64,000 nucleotides of DNA from Candidatus Omnitrophota bacterium (GCA_028715345.1 JAQUSB010000005.1:10042-74041); one strand, 5' to 3'. Counted from the stretch's first letter, positions 35,793-47,331 are shown. Numbers and translations are program-made. The notes: generated by a model not told the origin, from the sequence alone.

Positions 35793-38700
35793 ATGGATGA
35801 GAAGACGAGGTCCGTAGAAGAGCTGGAAAGGCAGCTGGAAGAGCTGCGCAAAAAGATCAGCGAACTTGAATCCGGCGGGCCGGAACGCAAGATGATAGAC
35901 GATGTATTGAACCGCTTCTGCGAATCGACCTACAGCACCATATTCAACGCTGCCTCCGACGCCATATTCATAAGCGAGATCGAGCATGCCCGCATAATCG
36001 ACGCCAATGACAAGGCGTGTGAGATGTATTGTTACCCAAAGGAAGAGATATTAAAACTCACGATCTACGACCTCGGCATACAGCAGGACCCATTTACCCG
36101 CCAGGAAGCCGACAGGCTTATGAAGAGAGCGCTGGACGGCGAGCCGCAGCTCTTCGAATGGGTCTGTAAGGACAAGGCGGGCAGGCCTTTCTGGGTGGAA
36201 GTCAACCTCAGGCGCGCCATAGTGGGCGGCAAATACCACATATTGTCTGTAGTCCGCGACATAAGCGAACGTAAAAAACTCGAGGACAGCCTCACCAGGA
36301 TAAACGAAACATTTTTGGCTTTCGGGCCGAATCCGGCGGAAAATATAAACCATCTCACGGGCCTGTGCGGCGAACTTTTAAGCGCGGATTGCGCTTTATA
36401 TAACCGCCTCGAGGATGGCACGCTCTCGACCTGCGGCCAATGGAAAGTGCCGGAGGGCTTCAATCCCAAAAGCGACGCGGAGGGGCATATCTGCTATGAC
36501 CTGATCAGTCGCGGTGAGAACGGTGTTACCGTGATCCAGAACCTTCCCGAAACGAAATACGCGAAGACCGACCCTAACATAAGCGCCTTTGGGCTCCGGA
36601 CGTATTTAGGCTGCGCCGTAAAGTTCGGAGAACATTATGTAGGAAGCCTGTGCGTGCTTTACCAGTATGATTTCCAGCCGGAAGAAGATGACAAAAAGAT
36701 AATGGAGATCATAGCCTCTGCTATAGGCGTCGAAGAGGAGCGAAGGTCCGCGGAAGACATATCGCACCTGGCGCGTTTCTCTATCGACCACGCTTCGGAT
36801 GCCATTTTTTGGCTGGATAAAGAGGGTCACATTCTATACGTTAATGATATGACGTGCAAATATCTCGGTTACACCCAGGACGAGCTCTTATCGATGAAAG
36901 CGTGCGATATCGATCCGCGCTACTCCCCGGAATCGGCATGGCGCGAACGCTGGGAAAACGTTAAAAACAAGAAGTCTTACACGATCGAGACCCTTCATAA
37001 GAAAAAGGACGGTACTTTTTTGCCGGTGGAACTCAGCGTGAACTATCTCGAATACGAAAATAACGAATATTGTTTTGCCGCGGCCCGCGATATATCGAAG
37101 CGTAAGAAGCAGGAAGAAGCGCTCCTGAGGCGCGATTACCAGCTGGAAATACTTTCCCGCACCAGCCTGCACGTCAACGCAGTCCTGGAGATCCCGGTCA
37201 TTATGCGCACGCTGGTCACCGCGGCAATGGAGCTTGTGGATGCTTCGGGGGGTACGGCGGGACTTTTAGAAGACGGTAAGATGAAATTTACCGAATACGC
37301 CAGGGAAGGGAAGCTCGAGCAGATAAATTATACTTTCGACAGGGGGCCCGTGCTTCCCGGATGGGTCATCGACACCCTAAAGCCTTACATATCGAATGAC
37401 GCCGAGCGCGACAGCCACGTTTCGCAGGAACTCCAAAAGACGTTCGGTTTGTATAATCTGGTAAATGTCCCTATATTGAGCCGAAAAGGCGAACTATTGG
37501 GGTGTTTCGAAATTCATAATAAGAACGGTCATGCGCCGTTCGACGTAGAAGACGTATTCATGCTCCAGGGGCTTGCCGCGAGCGCCGCGATCGCGCTGGA
37601 GAACGCGAAGACGCTGGTAGAGCGTAATAAGGCCGAAGCGGAACGCATCAAATTGAACAGGGAGCTCGTCAAATCCAACGCGAGGATGAAAAAACTTGCG
37701 CTGAAAGATACCCTGACAGGCCTTTACAACCACCAGTACCTTAACGAAGTGATAGAGGCGGAATTTTACCGCGCCAGGCGCTACGGACATTCGCTTTCGG
37801 TGATAATGCTCGACATAGATTATTTCAAATCTATAAATGATGTCTATGGCCACGATTTCGGCGACATCGTCCTGAAACAGTTCGCCACATATGTCAAAAA
37901 GATGGTGCGCAAATACGATACGGTCATACGTTTCGGGGGAGAGGAATTTGTAATAATATCTCCCGCCGTCGATATGTCCAAAGCCCAGCTGATGGCCCAG
38001 AGGATACTCGATGCGGTCGGCCTTTACAATTTCGGGAACAGGGAACATATCGTAAAATTGAAACTGAGCGTGGCCGTCGCGGCTTATCCGAACGGCAGCA
38101 TAGCGCGTGGCATGGAATTGATAAATGCCGCGGACAAGATACTCTCGAAGGTGAAAGAGGCGGGAGGCAACAGGGTATTTTCCGCTTATTCGCTGTCGGC
38201 GAAAAAGAATATCGTTCCGCCGGACCTGGAGCCCACGGACGTAAGGTACCTTAAAGAGAAGATCGAAAAGCTTAACAGGAGCGGCAAACAGAGCCTGGTG
38301 GAATTCATATTCGCGTTCGCCAAAACGATAGAATTGAAGGACCACTACACCGGCGAGCACGTCGAGAATACGGTACGCTATTCCACGGACCTTGCCAGGC
38401 GCCTCCATCTTTCCCCGGAGGAAGTGGAAAATATCCGCGAGGCGTCGGTCCTGCACGACCTGGGCAAGATCGGCATAAGCGACAAGATACTCCTCAAAAA
38501 AGCCAAACTTACGAAGAAAGAATTCGACGTCATAAAACACCACCCGCAGATTGCCGCCGACATCATCCGGCCGATCCAATTCATGCACGACATAATCCCG
38601 CTCATACTTTACCACCACGAGCGATGGGACGGTAAAGGTTACCCGGCCGGTCTCAAAGGCGAAGAGATACCCGTCGGCGCGCGCATAATAGCCGTTGCCG

Positions 38701-38858
38701 ACGTGTACCAGGCGCTGACCTCGAACCGCCCTTACCGGAAAGCGTTCCCGAAAAAAGAGGCGCTGAAGATAATCAAAAAAGGCGCCGGCACACAGTTCGA
38801 CCCGACGATAGTGAATATTTTCTTACACATGATAAATAAGGATAAGGAGAAGAAGTAG
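35793..38858 (+). CDS. PAS/GAF sensor diguanylate cyclase (GGEEF) fused to HD-GYP phosphodiesterase
   Basis: Multiple PAS and GAF segments, 'RFGGEEFVII' (GGDEF active site) and 'HHERWDGKGYP' (HD-GYP). Confidence 0.75.
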   Translation: MDEKTRSVEELERQLEELRKKISELESGGPERKMIDDVLNRFCESTYSTIFNAASDAIFISEIEHARIIDANDKACEMYCYPKEEILKLTIYDLGIQQDPFTRQEADRLMKRALDGEPQLFEWVCKDKAGRPFWVEVNLRRAIVGGKYHILSVVRDISERKKLEDSLTRINETFLAFGPNPAENINHLTGLCGELLSADCALYNRLEDGTLSTCGQWKVPEGFNPKSDAEGHICYDLISRGENGVTVIQNLPETKYAKTDPNISAFGLRTYLGCAVKFGEHYVGSLCVLYQYDFQPEEDDKKIMEIIASAIGVEEERRSAEDISHLARFSIDHASDAIFWLDKEGHILYVNDMTCKYLGYTQDELLSMKACDIDPRYSPESAWRERWENVKNKKSYTIETLHKKKDGTFLPVELSVNYLEYENNEYCFAAARDISKRKKQEEALLRRDYQLEILSRTSLHVNAVLEIPVIMRTLVTAAMELVDASGGTAGLLEDGKMKFTEYAREGKLEQINYTFDRGPVLPGWVIDTLKPYISNDAERDSHVSQELQKTFGLYNLVNVPILSRKGELLGCFEIHNKNGHAPFDVEDVFMLQGLAASAAIALENAKTLVERNKAEAERIKLNRELVKSNARMKKLALKDTLTGLYNHQYLNEVIEAEFYRARRYGHSLSVIMLDIDYFKSINDVYGHDFGDIVLKQFATYVKKMVRKYDTVIRFGGEEFVIISPAVDMSKAQLMAQRILDAVGLYNFGNREHIVKLKLSVAVAAYPNGSIARGMELINAADKILSKVKEAGGNRVFSAYSLSAKKNIVPPDLEPTDVRYLKEKIEKLNRSGKQSLVEFIFAFAKTIELKDHYTGEHVENTVRYSTDLARRLHLSPEEVENIREASVLHDLGKIGISDKILLKKAKLTKKEFDVIKHHPQIAADIIRPIQFMHDIIPLILYHHERWDGKGYPAGLKGEEIPVGARIIAVADVYQALTSNRPYRKAFPKKEALKIIKKGAGTQFDPTIVNIFLHMINKDKEKK

Positions 38859-40322
38859 ATGTCTAACATAACGGAAGATAGCGAACTCATAAAACAGCGC
38901 AGGACGAAACTCGATAATATTTCTAAAAGAGGTATCTACCCTTACGGCGGCCGCTACGACACCTCCTCGACGATAAAAGCCCTGAAAGACGATTTTAGCG
39001 AAGGCAAAGTCGTGTCCGTGGCCGGCAGGATAATGGCGGTAAGGTCACACGGCAAGAGCTCATTTTACGATATCAAAGATTCGACGGGCAAGATCCAGGC
39101 GTATTTCAAGGCGGATATCGTGGGCGCGGATCTGTTTGCCCTTTTGAACGACCTCGATATAGGCGATTTTATCGGCGTGAAAGGCGATACGTTCAAGACG
39201 CGCACAGGTGAAGCTACGGTCATCGCGAAAGAATTCACGATCCTGGCGAAGTCGCTCAAACCTCTTCCCGAAAAATGGCACGGCTTAAAAGACGTCGAGA
39301 CCAGGTACCGTCAGAGGTACGTCGATCTTATCGTTAACGACGAAGTCAGAGAAGTGTTCATCACGCGCTCGCGTATAATAAGCGAGATCAGGAGATTTCT
39401 CGACGAGAAAGGGTTTACGGAGGTCGAGACGCCGATGATGCAGTCGATGCCCGGAGGAGCCGCCGGCAAACCGTTCAAGACTCACCATGAGGCGCTCGGC
39501 ATAGACCTTTACCTGAGAATAGCCCCGGAATTGTACCTGAAAAGGCTTTTAGTCGGCGGCATGGGGAAAGTGTACGAGATAAACAGGAATTTCAGGAATG
39601 AAGGCATATCGATAAAACACAATCCCGAATTCACGATGCTCGAAGTGTATGAAAATTATTCCGACTGCGAAGGTATGATGAAACTTACCGAGGATCTGGT
39701 GAAGAACCTCGCCGGGAAAGTCCTCGGCCGCACCACGATCGAGTACCAGGGAAAGACGATAGACCTTTCGAAGTGGGAGAGGGTCTCGTTCGCCGATCTA
39801 ATGAAAGAGCAATTCGGCATAACGCCGTCCGACGACCACCACAGCTGGATAAAGAAACTGAAAGCTAAAGGTATAGAGATGGAAGGAAAGGATATTACGA
39901 GGACGCAGATCATAAATATAGTCGGCGATCTCGTCGAGCCGAAGGCCGGCAGCCATCCCGTATTCGTCATAGACATGTTCAAAGAGCTCTGTCCGCTGGC
40001 GAAAGTGAAAAAGGATAACCCCGACCTTACGGATCGGTTTGAATTATACATGGGCGGCATGGAGATAGCGAACGCTTACTCGGAGCTTAACGACCCCATA
40101 GAGCAGAAGAAGCGCTTCGAAGACGAACTGGCGGGCACCAAGGGCGGCAAGCGCAATATAGACGAAGACTTCGTAAACGCGCTCGAATACGGCATGCCTC
40201 CGGCAGGCGGGCTCGGTATAGGCATCGACAGGCTCGTCATGATATTGACCAATTCACCGTCCATAAGGGACGTTATACTTTTCCCGCAGCTGAAACCCCA
40301 AAGCCCGACGGAAGAGAAATAG
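38859..40322 (+). CDS. lysS: lysyl-tRNA synthetase (class II)
   Basis: N-terminal OB fold plus class II motifs 'FRNEG' and 'GGLGIGIDRLVM'. Confidence 0.9.
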   Translation: MSNITEDSELIKQRRTKLDNISKRGIYPYGGRYDTSSTIKALKDDFSEGKVVSVAGRIMAVRSHGKSSFYDIKDSTGKIQAYFKADIVGADLFALLNDLDIGDFIGVKGDTFKTRTGEATVIAKEFTILAKSLKPLPEKWHGLKDVETRYRQRYVDLIVNDEVREVFITRSRIISEIRRFLDEKGFTEVETPMMQSMPGGAAGKPFKTHHEALGIDLYLRIAPELYLKRLLVGGMGKVYEINRNFRNEGISIKHNPEFTMLEVYENYSDCEGMMKLTEDLVKNLAGKVLGRTTIEYQGKTIDLSKWERVSFADLMKEQFGITPSDDHHSWIKKLKAKGIEMEGKDITRTQIINIVGDLVEPKAGSHPVFVIDMFKELCPLAKVKKDNPDLTDRFELYMGGMEIANAYSELNDPIEQKKRFEDELAGTKGGKRNIDEDFVNALEYGMPPAGGLGIGIDRLVMILTNSPSIRDVILFPQLKPQSPTEEK

Positions 40323-40328
40323 GCTAAA

Positions 40329-41552
40329 ATGAGCTGGAAGCTTTTCGTAAGCCTGCGTTACCTGACCGCGAAGCGTAAAGAGAAATTCATATCTCTCATA
40401 AGCCTCATCTCGATACTCGGTGTCGCTGTCGGTGTCGCCGCGCTCATCATAGTCATCTCCGTAATGAGCGGGTTCGACGAAGACCTGAAAAATAAGATAA
40501 TCGGCACTTACTCCCACATCGAAATAGTCTCCGACTACGGCGTAAAGCCGTCTCAGGAGCTTACCGGCAAAATAATGAGCGTTGAACACGTGGTCGCCGT
40601 GTCGTATTTTTTGAACGGCCAGGCGCTTATCCGCAAAGAGGGCAGCGTCGCCGGCGTGATAGTGAAAGGCATCGAGCCGCGCGACGAGGTCCGTGTCAAC
40701 TCTCTCGGCACATACATAAAGAGAGGGACGCTCGACGGCATGAAGGACGGCGGCATAGTGTTGGGCAGTGAGCTTGCGGATAAATTGGGCGTGGATATCG
40801 GAAGCGCCGTATCCTTGGTCTCTCCGGCGTATATAAGCGAGAGGAAAGCGAAACTCTCGAACCTCTTTTCGGTCGAAGGTAAAAATTTCAAGGTCACCGG
40901 CATCTTTACATCGGGAATGTACGAATACGATTCGAACCTGGCTTATATCGACCTCGCTACGGCGCGGGAACTTTTGGCGACGGGCGAGATGACGACCGGA
41001 TTGTCCGTAAAGGTGGACGACGCCTTCAACGTGGACGGCGTCAAAAAAGCGCTGCGCGTCCGTCTCGGCCCCGCCTACGACGTACGCACGTGGTTCGACC
41101 TGAACAGGAACCTTTTGGAAGCGATCAAGCTTGAGAAGACGGTGATGTTCATAATATTGACCCTGATAGTCATGGTCGCGTGTTTCAATATCGCCAGCGC
41201 TCTTATAATGACGGTCCTCGAAAAGACGAAGGACATAGGAATACTGAAGGCGATAGGCGCCAATAACGCCGACATAATGACGGTCTTCGCCCTGCAGGGA
41301 AGCTTCATCGGCATATTGGGAACGGCGCTCGGCGTGCTTTTGGGATTTACCGCGTGCTGGTGCCTTGCGACATATAAATTCATAAATCTGCCGCACGATA
41401 TTTATTATCTCGATAAACTTCCGGTAAAAATGGAGCCGTATGACATCACGGTCATAATCGTATCGAGCATATTGATAAGTTTCATAGCCGCGATCTATCC
41501 GGCTTATAAAGCATCCCGGCTCGATCCTGTGGAGGCGCTGAGATATGAGTGA
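40329..41552 (+). CDS. lolE: lipoprotein-releasing system permease LolC/LolE
   Basis: FtsX-like 4-TM permease with a large periplasmic loop, followed by lolD. Confidence 0.8.
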   Translation: MSWKLFVSLRYLTAKRKEKFISLISLISILGVAVGVAALIIVISVMSGFDEDLKNKIIGTYSHIEIVSDYGVKPSQELTGKIMSVEHVVAVSYFLNGQALIRKEGSVAGVIVKGIEPRDEVRVNSLGTYIKRGTLDGMKDGGIVLGSELADKLGVDIGSAVSLVSPAYISERKAKLSNLFSVEGKNFKVTGIFTSGMYEYDSNLAYIDLATARELLATGEMTTGLSVKVDDAFNVDGVKKALRVRLGPAYDVRTWFDLNRNLLEAIKLEKTVMFIILTLIVMVACFNIASALIMTVLEKTKDIGILKAIGANNADIMTVFALQGSFIGILGTALGVLLGFTACWCLATYKFINLPHDIYYLDKLPVKMEPYDITVIIVSSILISFIAAIYPAYKASRLDPVEALRYE

Positions 41553-42231
41553 TCATTTTCTCCTGGCCCAGGATGTCTGCAAAACATATAAAGACGAAGG
41601 CAAAAAAGTAAAAGCCGTCGACGGCGTCAGCGTCGGTTTTAAAAAGGCCCGCTCGACAGCTATTCTCGGCCCGTCGGGTGCCGGTAAATCGACCCTGCTC
41701 CACATACTGGGCGGGCTCGACAAGCCGACGTCCGGCCGTATCGTGCTGGGTGGCACCGACATCTATAAGCTTCCCGATAAACGAAGGGCTTATATAAGGA
41801 ACAAGCGCGTCGGTTTCGTATTTCAGTTCTATCATCTACTGTCGGAATTTACCGCCCTCGAGAATGTGATGATGCCGGCCCTGATCATGGGGCAGGGTGC
41901 GGCAGATAAAGGACAAAACGTAAGAGGCAGGGCTGCCGGTGCGCTGAAACTCGTGGGCCTGTCCAATAGGATGGGCCATAAGCCGTCCGAACTATCCGGG
42001 GGCGAATCCCAGCGCGTGGCCATAGCCAGAGCGATCATAAATGAACCGGAGATTTTACTGTGCGATGAGCCTACGGGCAATTTAGATTCCAAAACAAGTG
42101 AATCTATATATGAAATATTATTCGATCTCAAGTCCAGGATAGGCCTTAGCCTCGTAATCGTTACCCACGATGAGCAATTGTCCGGCAAAACCGACGATAT
42201 TATCCGCCTAAAAGACGGCAAAATAGCGTAA
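41545..42231 (+). CDS. lolD: lipoprotein-releasing system ATP-binding protein
   Basis: Walker A 'GPSGAGKST', ABC signature 'LSGGESQR' and Walker B 'LLCDEP'. Confidence 0.85.
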   Translation: MSDHFLLAQDVCKTYKDEGKKVKAVDGVSVGFKKARSTAILGPSGAGKSTLLHILGGLDKPTSGRIVLGGTDIYKLPDKRRAYIRNKRVGFVFQFYHLLSEFTALENVMMPALIMGQGAADKGQNVRGRAAGALKLVGLSNRMGHKPSELSGGESQRVAIARAIINEPEILLCDEPTGNLDSKTSESIYEILFDLKSRIGLSLVIVTHDEQLSGKTDDIIRLKDGKIA

Positions 42232-42250
42232 TTTTCGCCGCCCCAACCCC

Positions 42251-42279
42251 TTGACAACCCGTAATTTATGTGATATACT
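42251..42279 (+). promoter_or_regulatory. sigma70-like promoter TTGACA-N17-TATACT
   Basis: Consensus hexamers upstream of cvpA. Confidence 0.4.
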
Positions 42280-42315
42280 TCTTTTTCCTTTTAATAAGAT
42301 AAATTAAGGAATATT

Positions 42316-42909
42316 ATGGAGATACTGACAAAGATAAATTGGGTCGATATTATTATCCTAATTATAATAGTACGAACTAGTTACGTATCTTTGCAGGATG
42401 GCTTGAGCCATGAGATCCTTCCGCTTATCGGATCGGTATGCATGCTCGTATTCTCCCTCCATTATTACAGCAAAATAGCATTATTTTTGTATAATAACGG
42501 GCTGGCGCTGCCTATGGCTCTATTGGAGCTTTTGGGATTTGCTATTTCGGCAGTATTTATAGGCTTGTTATTCAGGTTTTTGAAGATGGTCATAGACAAG
42601 ATCATAAAGGTTAGTTGGCACCCATTAATAGAAAAATTCGGTGGGCTTGCGGCCGGCATCGTAAGGGGCACTATCCTTGCAAGCCTGATCCTTATAATGC
42701 TTATGCTGATACCGCTGTCTTATTTGCAATGGTCGGTCAGGGACCGTTCATTGACTGGGATATATTTTTTGAGGATAGGGCCTTCGATTTACGAGAAAGC
42801 CTCGGTATTTTTACCCACAGTTCCGGTCAGCGCCAAAGAATTGATGGCGGGCCTTATGTCCGATAAATCCGTTGCGTCCGGCGAAGAGAAACCTTCCGTA
42901 AAGAAATAA
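42316..42909 (+). CDS. cvpA: CvpA family membrane protein
   Basis: 'INWVDIIILIIIV...SLHYYSKIA' resembles the CvpA N-terminus. Four TM helices. Confidence 0.55.
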   Translation: MEILTKINWVDIIILIIIVRTSYVSLQDGLSHEILPLIGSVCMLVFSLHYYSKIALFLYNNGLALPMALLELLGFAISAVFIGLLFRFLKMVIDKIIKVSWHPLIEKFGGLAAGIVRGTILASLILIMLMLIPLSYLQWSVRDRSLTGIYFLRIGPSIYEKASVFLPTVPVSAKELMAGLMSDKSVASGEEKPSVKK

Positions 42910-42945
42910 AAAAGAAATTTTCATAAAATAGAGGCGAGGAAAACG

Positions 42946-43902
42946 ATGAGATTGATAGATCTTTATAAATTGGCCGTTAAGAAAGGTATCGAAAAAGATG
43001 TGCGCGGCAAGGCCGGGATAAAGAAAACGTTCGACGCGGCGCGCGCCGAATACAGGAAATTAAAAGGCGCGGACAAAAAGGCATTTGACAAGGAGAAGCT
43101 GACGAATCCATACGCCGATACGCGGATATTATACGGCGATCCCGATACGGAAGTCAGGACGGTGCTGGCAGGCATAGATATGGAAGGGCCCGAGCTTTTG
43201 CTCGCGGACAGGCTTAATCAATCCGACCGCAGGTCCATAGACCTTGTGCTGGCTCACCATCCCGAAGGCCGCGCCTGGGCGAAATTGAACGATGTGATGG
43301 CCCTCCAGGCGAACATGCTGAACAAGTTCGGTATCCCTATGGATATAGCGAGCGACCTGTTAAAGGACCGCTCCGACGAGGTATCCAGGGCGCTTGCGGG
43401 CGCTAACCATTTCAGGTCTATAGATATAGCAAGGCTTCTCGATATTCCCTTTATGTGCCTGCACACAGTCGCGGATAATCATGTAGCCTCTTATCTGCAG
43501 AAAATTTTTGACAGAACAAAGCCTAAGAAATTATCTAATGCGCTGGATATATTGAAACGCATACCCGAATACGCCGACGGCATGAAGAAGGGCGCGGGCC
43601 CGACCATATTGATCGGCGAGCCGGGTAAAAAAGCGGGCAAAATATTCGTCGACATGACGGGCGGCACCGAAGGGCCGAAGAGGGTCTATTCCAGGCTTTC
43701 GCAGGCCGGTGTAGGCACCGTAGTGGGGATGCATTTCAGCGAAGATCATTACAAGTACGCGAAAGAAGAGCATATGAATTTGATCGTGGCCGGGCACATT
43801 GCCAGCGACAACCTGGGTTTGAACCTTTTACTCGACGAGATAGGGCGTTCTGCGCGGCTGAATGTGATAGCATGTTCAGGTTTTATGCGAATAAACAGAT
43901 AG
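42946..43902 (+). CDS. hypothetical protein, possibly Nif3-like dinuclear-metal fold
   Basis: 'LVLAHHPEG', 'CLHTVADNH' and 'VAGHIASDNLG' loosely resemble Nif3 His motifs. The N-terminus is atypical. Confidence 0.3.
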   Translation: MRLIDLYKLAVKKGIEKDVRGKAGIKKTFDAARAEYRKLKGADKKAFDKEKLTNPYADTRILYGDPDTEVRTVLAGIDMEGPELLLADRLNQSDRRSIDLVLAHHPEGRAWAKLNDVMALQANMLNKFGIPMDIASDLLKDRSDEVSRALAGANHFRSIDIARLLDIPFMCLHTVADNHVASYLQKIFDRTKPKKLSNALDILKRIPEYADGMKKGAGPTILIGEPGKKAGKIFVDMTGGTEGPKRVYSRLSQAGVGTVVGMHFSEDHYKYAKEEHMNLIVAGHIASDNLGLNLLLDEIGRSARLNVIACSGFMRINR

Positions 43903-43920
43903 GACATCGATCTTTCATCT

Positions 43921-45669
43921 ATGGCGATACCCGATGATCTGATAGACAGGATCCAGGAAAAAACGGATATAGTGGAAGTTATCTCGCGCTATGTTCCGCT
44001 GAAGAAGTTCGGCAGGAATTATAAAGCGCCGTGCCCTTTTCATAACGAGAAGACGCCGTCGTTCATTGTAAGCCCGGATAAGCAGATATACCATTGTTTC
44101 GGGTGCGGGGCGGGGGGCAACGTATTCTCATTTTTAATGAAGCACGAGAACCTGCAGTTCCCGGAAGCGGTGGAGATGCTCGCCGAGAAGTGCGGTGTAG
44201 TTCTGCCGAGATCGGCCGGCGGATCGGGCAATAATGCGCTTGCCAACCAGCTGTATAAGATAAACGACGAGGCGTGCCGGTTCTTCCAGGCGTCGCTGGC
44301 AAATAACGCTGCGGCAAAAGAATATATACGGTCGCGCGGCGTAGGCGACGAAGTATTAAAGAAGTTCAAGATAGGTTTCGCGCCCAACTCATGGGACGCT
44401 TTGATAAATTTTTTCAAGGCCAGATCGGTCACCCCGGCGATGCTGGCGCAGGCCGGGCTCGTTGTGACTAACGACAAAGGCGGACATTACGACAGGTTCA
44501 GGAACAGGCTTGTCTTCCCGATCATTGACTTAAAAGACAGGGTGATAGGTTTCGGGGCGAGGGTGCTCGATTCGTCTTTGCCGAAATACCTGAATTCTCC
44601 CGAGACGCCCATATATTCCAAAGGCAGGAACCTTTACGGGCTCAATTTTTCGAAAGACGATATAAAGAAGAGCGGCCATTTTCTCGTCGTGGAAGGGTAT
44701 TTGGATTTCATAGTCCCTTACCAGGCGGGCATAAAGAATATAATCGCGACTTTGGGCACGGCGCTTACCGTCGACCAGATAAAGCTGCTTAAACGTTTCG
44801 CGAATACGGCCATTATGCTTTACGACCCGGATGAAGCGGGAGAGGCGGCCAGTTTGCGCAACCTCGATCTTTTCATAAGCGAAGACGTGAATGTCTATAT
44901 CGCGGAACTGCCGGAAGGGTTCGACCCCGACAGCTTTATAAGGAAGTTCGGGTTCGATGAATTTACGCGTCTTAAGAAATCGAGCAAGAATCTCTTCGAT
45001 TACAAGCTCGGCAAACTTACGAACAGGTTCAATATCGATACGACGCACGGCAAGATGAACATAGCCGCCGAGATGCTGCCGACGATAGCGCGTATAAATA
45101 ACGCGGTCCTGAAAGCGACATTGATAAAGAAGCTCGCCGAGAGGCTGTCGGTCGACGAGGAATCGATAAAGACGGAATTGAAGAAGGTCAAAGGCGATTA
45201 CGTCGAGCGGCGCTACGCAGAGCCGGTCGTGCAGGTAAAAAGGCATTCCTCCGGCGCGGAAATGCTGATGCTTGCTCTGATGATGGACGGAGCGAAAGTG
45301 GTCGGAAAGGTGACGCAGTCGATTTCGAGCGATGAGTTCAAAGATTCATCCATACGCGATGTGGTCGACGCGATATTCGATCTGTATAAGGCGAACAAAG
45401 AGATAACCCCGCCGCGGCTTATCAACCATTTGTCGGAAAGTCCCGAAGCGGCGGCATTGATAACTGAAGCCGTCGGCGTACTGGAAATGGTGAACGACAA
45501 GGACAAGGCCCTTACCGATTGCATTGCCAGGATAAAAAAGGACAACCTTGAAGAGCGGAAGGCTTTGATACAGGATGCCATCAAGGCGGCGCATAACCAG
45601 AAAAATGACAGCAGGGTGATGGAACTGGTCACGGAATATAACGAACTTATGAAGATGGGCAAAGCATAA
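43921..45669 (+). CDS. dnaG: DNA primase
   Basis: Zinc ribbon 'CPFHNEKTPSFIVSPDKQIYHCFGCG', RNA-pol domain 'GYLD' and a Toprim 'LYDPDEAGEAA'. Confidence 0.88.
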   Translation: MAIPDDLIDRIQEKTDIVEVISRYVPLKKFGRNYKAPCPFHNEKTPSFIVSPDKQIYHCFGCGAGGNVFSFLMKHENLQFPEAVEMLAEKCGVVLPRSAGGSGNNALANQLYKINDEACRFFQASLANNAAAKEYIRSRGVGDEVLKKFKIGFAPNSWDALINFFKARSVTPAMLAQAGLVVTNDKGGHYDRFRNRLVFPIIDLKDRVIGFGARVLDSSLPKYLNSPETPIYSKGRNLYGLNFSKDDIKKSGHFLVVEGYLDFIVPYQAGIKNIIATLGTALTVDQIKLLKRFANTAIMLYDPDEAGEAASLRNLDLFISEDVNVYIAELPEGFDPDSFIRKFGFDEFTRLKKSSKNLFDYKLGKLTNRFNIDTTHGKMNIAAEMLPTIARINNAVLKATLIKKLAERLSVDEESIKTELKKVKGDYVERRYAEPVVQVKRHSSGAEMLMLALMMDGAKVVGKVTQSISSDEFKDSSIRDVVDAIFDLYKANKEITPPRLINHLSESPEAAALITEAVGVLEMVNDKDKALTDCIARIKKDNLEERKALIQDAIKAAHNQKNDSRVMELVTEYNELMKMGKA

Positions 45670-45672
45670 AAT

Positions 45673-47331
45673 ATGGCAAGGAAAAAGATGAAGGTAAAGG
45701 TTAAGAAAATTACGGCTCCCGGCGCGGGGACGGGCACACTATTGGCTCAGAGCCTGAACAAGGCCGAATCGCAGAGCAAGAAGAAGAAGCTTAAAGGGCT
45801 TACCGAGCTGATCGCTCTCGGCAAGGAAAAGGGGCACCTGACATTCGAGGAGGTAAATAATATCCTCCCCGTGGATATAGTCTCTTCCGAAGAGATAGAC
45901 GAGATACTCGGCATACTCGGCGATGAGAATATAAAGCTTGTCGACAGCGAAGAAGAGCTGACGAAAGAGGCCGCCGAGGGTGACGAAGAAAAGCCGGAAG
46001 AGAAGAAAGAGGAAGCCGAAAAGGAAGAGACGGTGAAGCTCGCCCACATCGACGACCCCGTGAAGATGTACTTAAGGCAGATGGGGCAGATAGCCCTCCT
46101 GACCCGCAAGGAAGAGCTCGATATCGCCCAGCGCATAAAAGAGGCTGAATATAAATTCCGCGACGCGGTGCTCGCGGTCAGGATCTCCAAGTACAAAGCT
46201 ATAGAGGTGGCCGATAAGATACTCAATAACGAATTCAACGAAGAAGAGTTCATAAATACGGATATCCGGTTCAAAGGCGCTAAGCTCAGAAAGAAGCTCG
46301 CGCGCCTGATAAGCGGCCTGCAGAAGGCCAGGTCCAAAGAGGGCATAGCCGGCCTCATAAAAGAGATGAACCTCGGCATGAACGTCGTCGAGGAGATGGT
46401 CAAAAAGATCGAGGAGTACCTGGAAGAGTATTCGAAGCTTTTAGCGAAGATCGCGAGCGCGCGCAAGAGAAAAGACAGGGAAGATGTCAAAGCGCTCTCG
46501 AAGCGCAAACGTAAGATCGAGAAAGAATTCGGCGAGCCGATAACCGCCGTGAAAGAACATTTTAAGCTTGTCCGCTCGACCGAAGCCAAGTTCAATAAAG
46601 CGAAGAAAGAGCTCGTCGCCGCGAATTTAAGGCTCGTCGTCAGCATCGCGAAAAAATATACGAACAGGGGCCTCTCGTTCCTTGACCTGATACAGGAAGG
46701 CAATATAGGCCTGATGAAGGCCGTCGATAAATTCGAATATAAACGCGGATATAAGTTTTCCACTTACGCGACCTGGTGGATAAGGCAGGCCATAACGCGT
46801 TCCATAGCGGACCAGTCGAGGACGATAAGAATACCGGTTCACATGACCGAGACGATAAATAAGCTCATAAAGGTCTCGAGGGCGCTCGTCCAGCAGAACG
46901 GCAAAGAGCCGACTCCGGAAGAGATAGCGCACAAGATGCGTATGCCCGTCGACAAAGTCCGCGGCATACTGAAGATCGCGCAGGAGCCGATATCGCTGCA
47001 GACGCCGATAGGGGACGAAGGCGATACGCACTTCGGCGACTTCATCGAGGACAAGCGCGCGGTGTCGCCGGCGAACGCGACGGCGTATTCGATGCTGAGG
47101 GAGCAGATGGACGACGTGCTCGATACGCTGACGGAGCGCGAGAAGAAAGTCCTGCGCCTGAGGTTCGGCATAGGCGACGGTTATCCCAGGACATTGGAGG
47201 AAGTGGGCGCTGTTTTCAAAGTCACGCGCGAACGCGTCAGGCAGATAGAGGCGAAAGCGCTCAGGAAATTGAGGCATCCGACCCGGTCGAGGAAGCTGAA
47301 GAACTTTCTTGCTATGGGGATAGGGGAGTAG
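45673..47331 (+). CDS. rpoD: RNA polymerase sigma-70 factor
   Basis: Region 1.2 '[11 protein letters not shown]', region 2 '[12 protein letters not shown]' and region 4. Follows dnaG. Confidence 0.92.
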   Translation: MARKKMKVKVKKITAPGAGTGTLLAQSLNKAESQSKKKKLKGLTELIALGKEKGHLTFEEVNNILPVDIVSSEEIDEILGILGDENIKLVDSEEELTKEAAEGDEEKPEEKKEEAEKEETVKLAHIDDPVKMYLRQMGQIALLTRKEELDIAQRIKEAEYKFRDAVLAVRISKYKAIEVADKILNNEFNEEEFINTDIRFKGAKLRKKLARLISGLQKARSKEGIAGLIKEMNLGMNVVEEMVKKIEEYLEEYSKLLAKIASARKRKDREDVKALSKRKRKIEKEFGEPITAVKEHFKLVRSTEAKFNKAKKELVAANLRLVVSIAKKYTNRGLSFLDLIQEGNIGLMKAVDKFEYKRGYKFSTYATWWIRQAITRSIADQSRTIRIPVHMTETINKLIKVSRALVQQNGKEPTPEEIAHKMRMPVDKVRGILKIAQEPISLQTPIGDEGDTHFGDFIEDKRAVSPANATAYSMLREQMDDVLDTLTEREKKVLRLRFGIGDGYPRTLEEVGAVFKVTRERVRQIEAKALRKLRHPTRSRKLKNFLAMGIGE

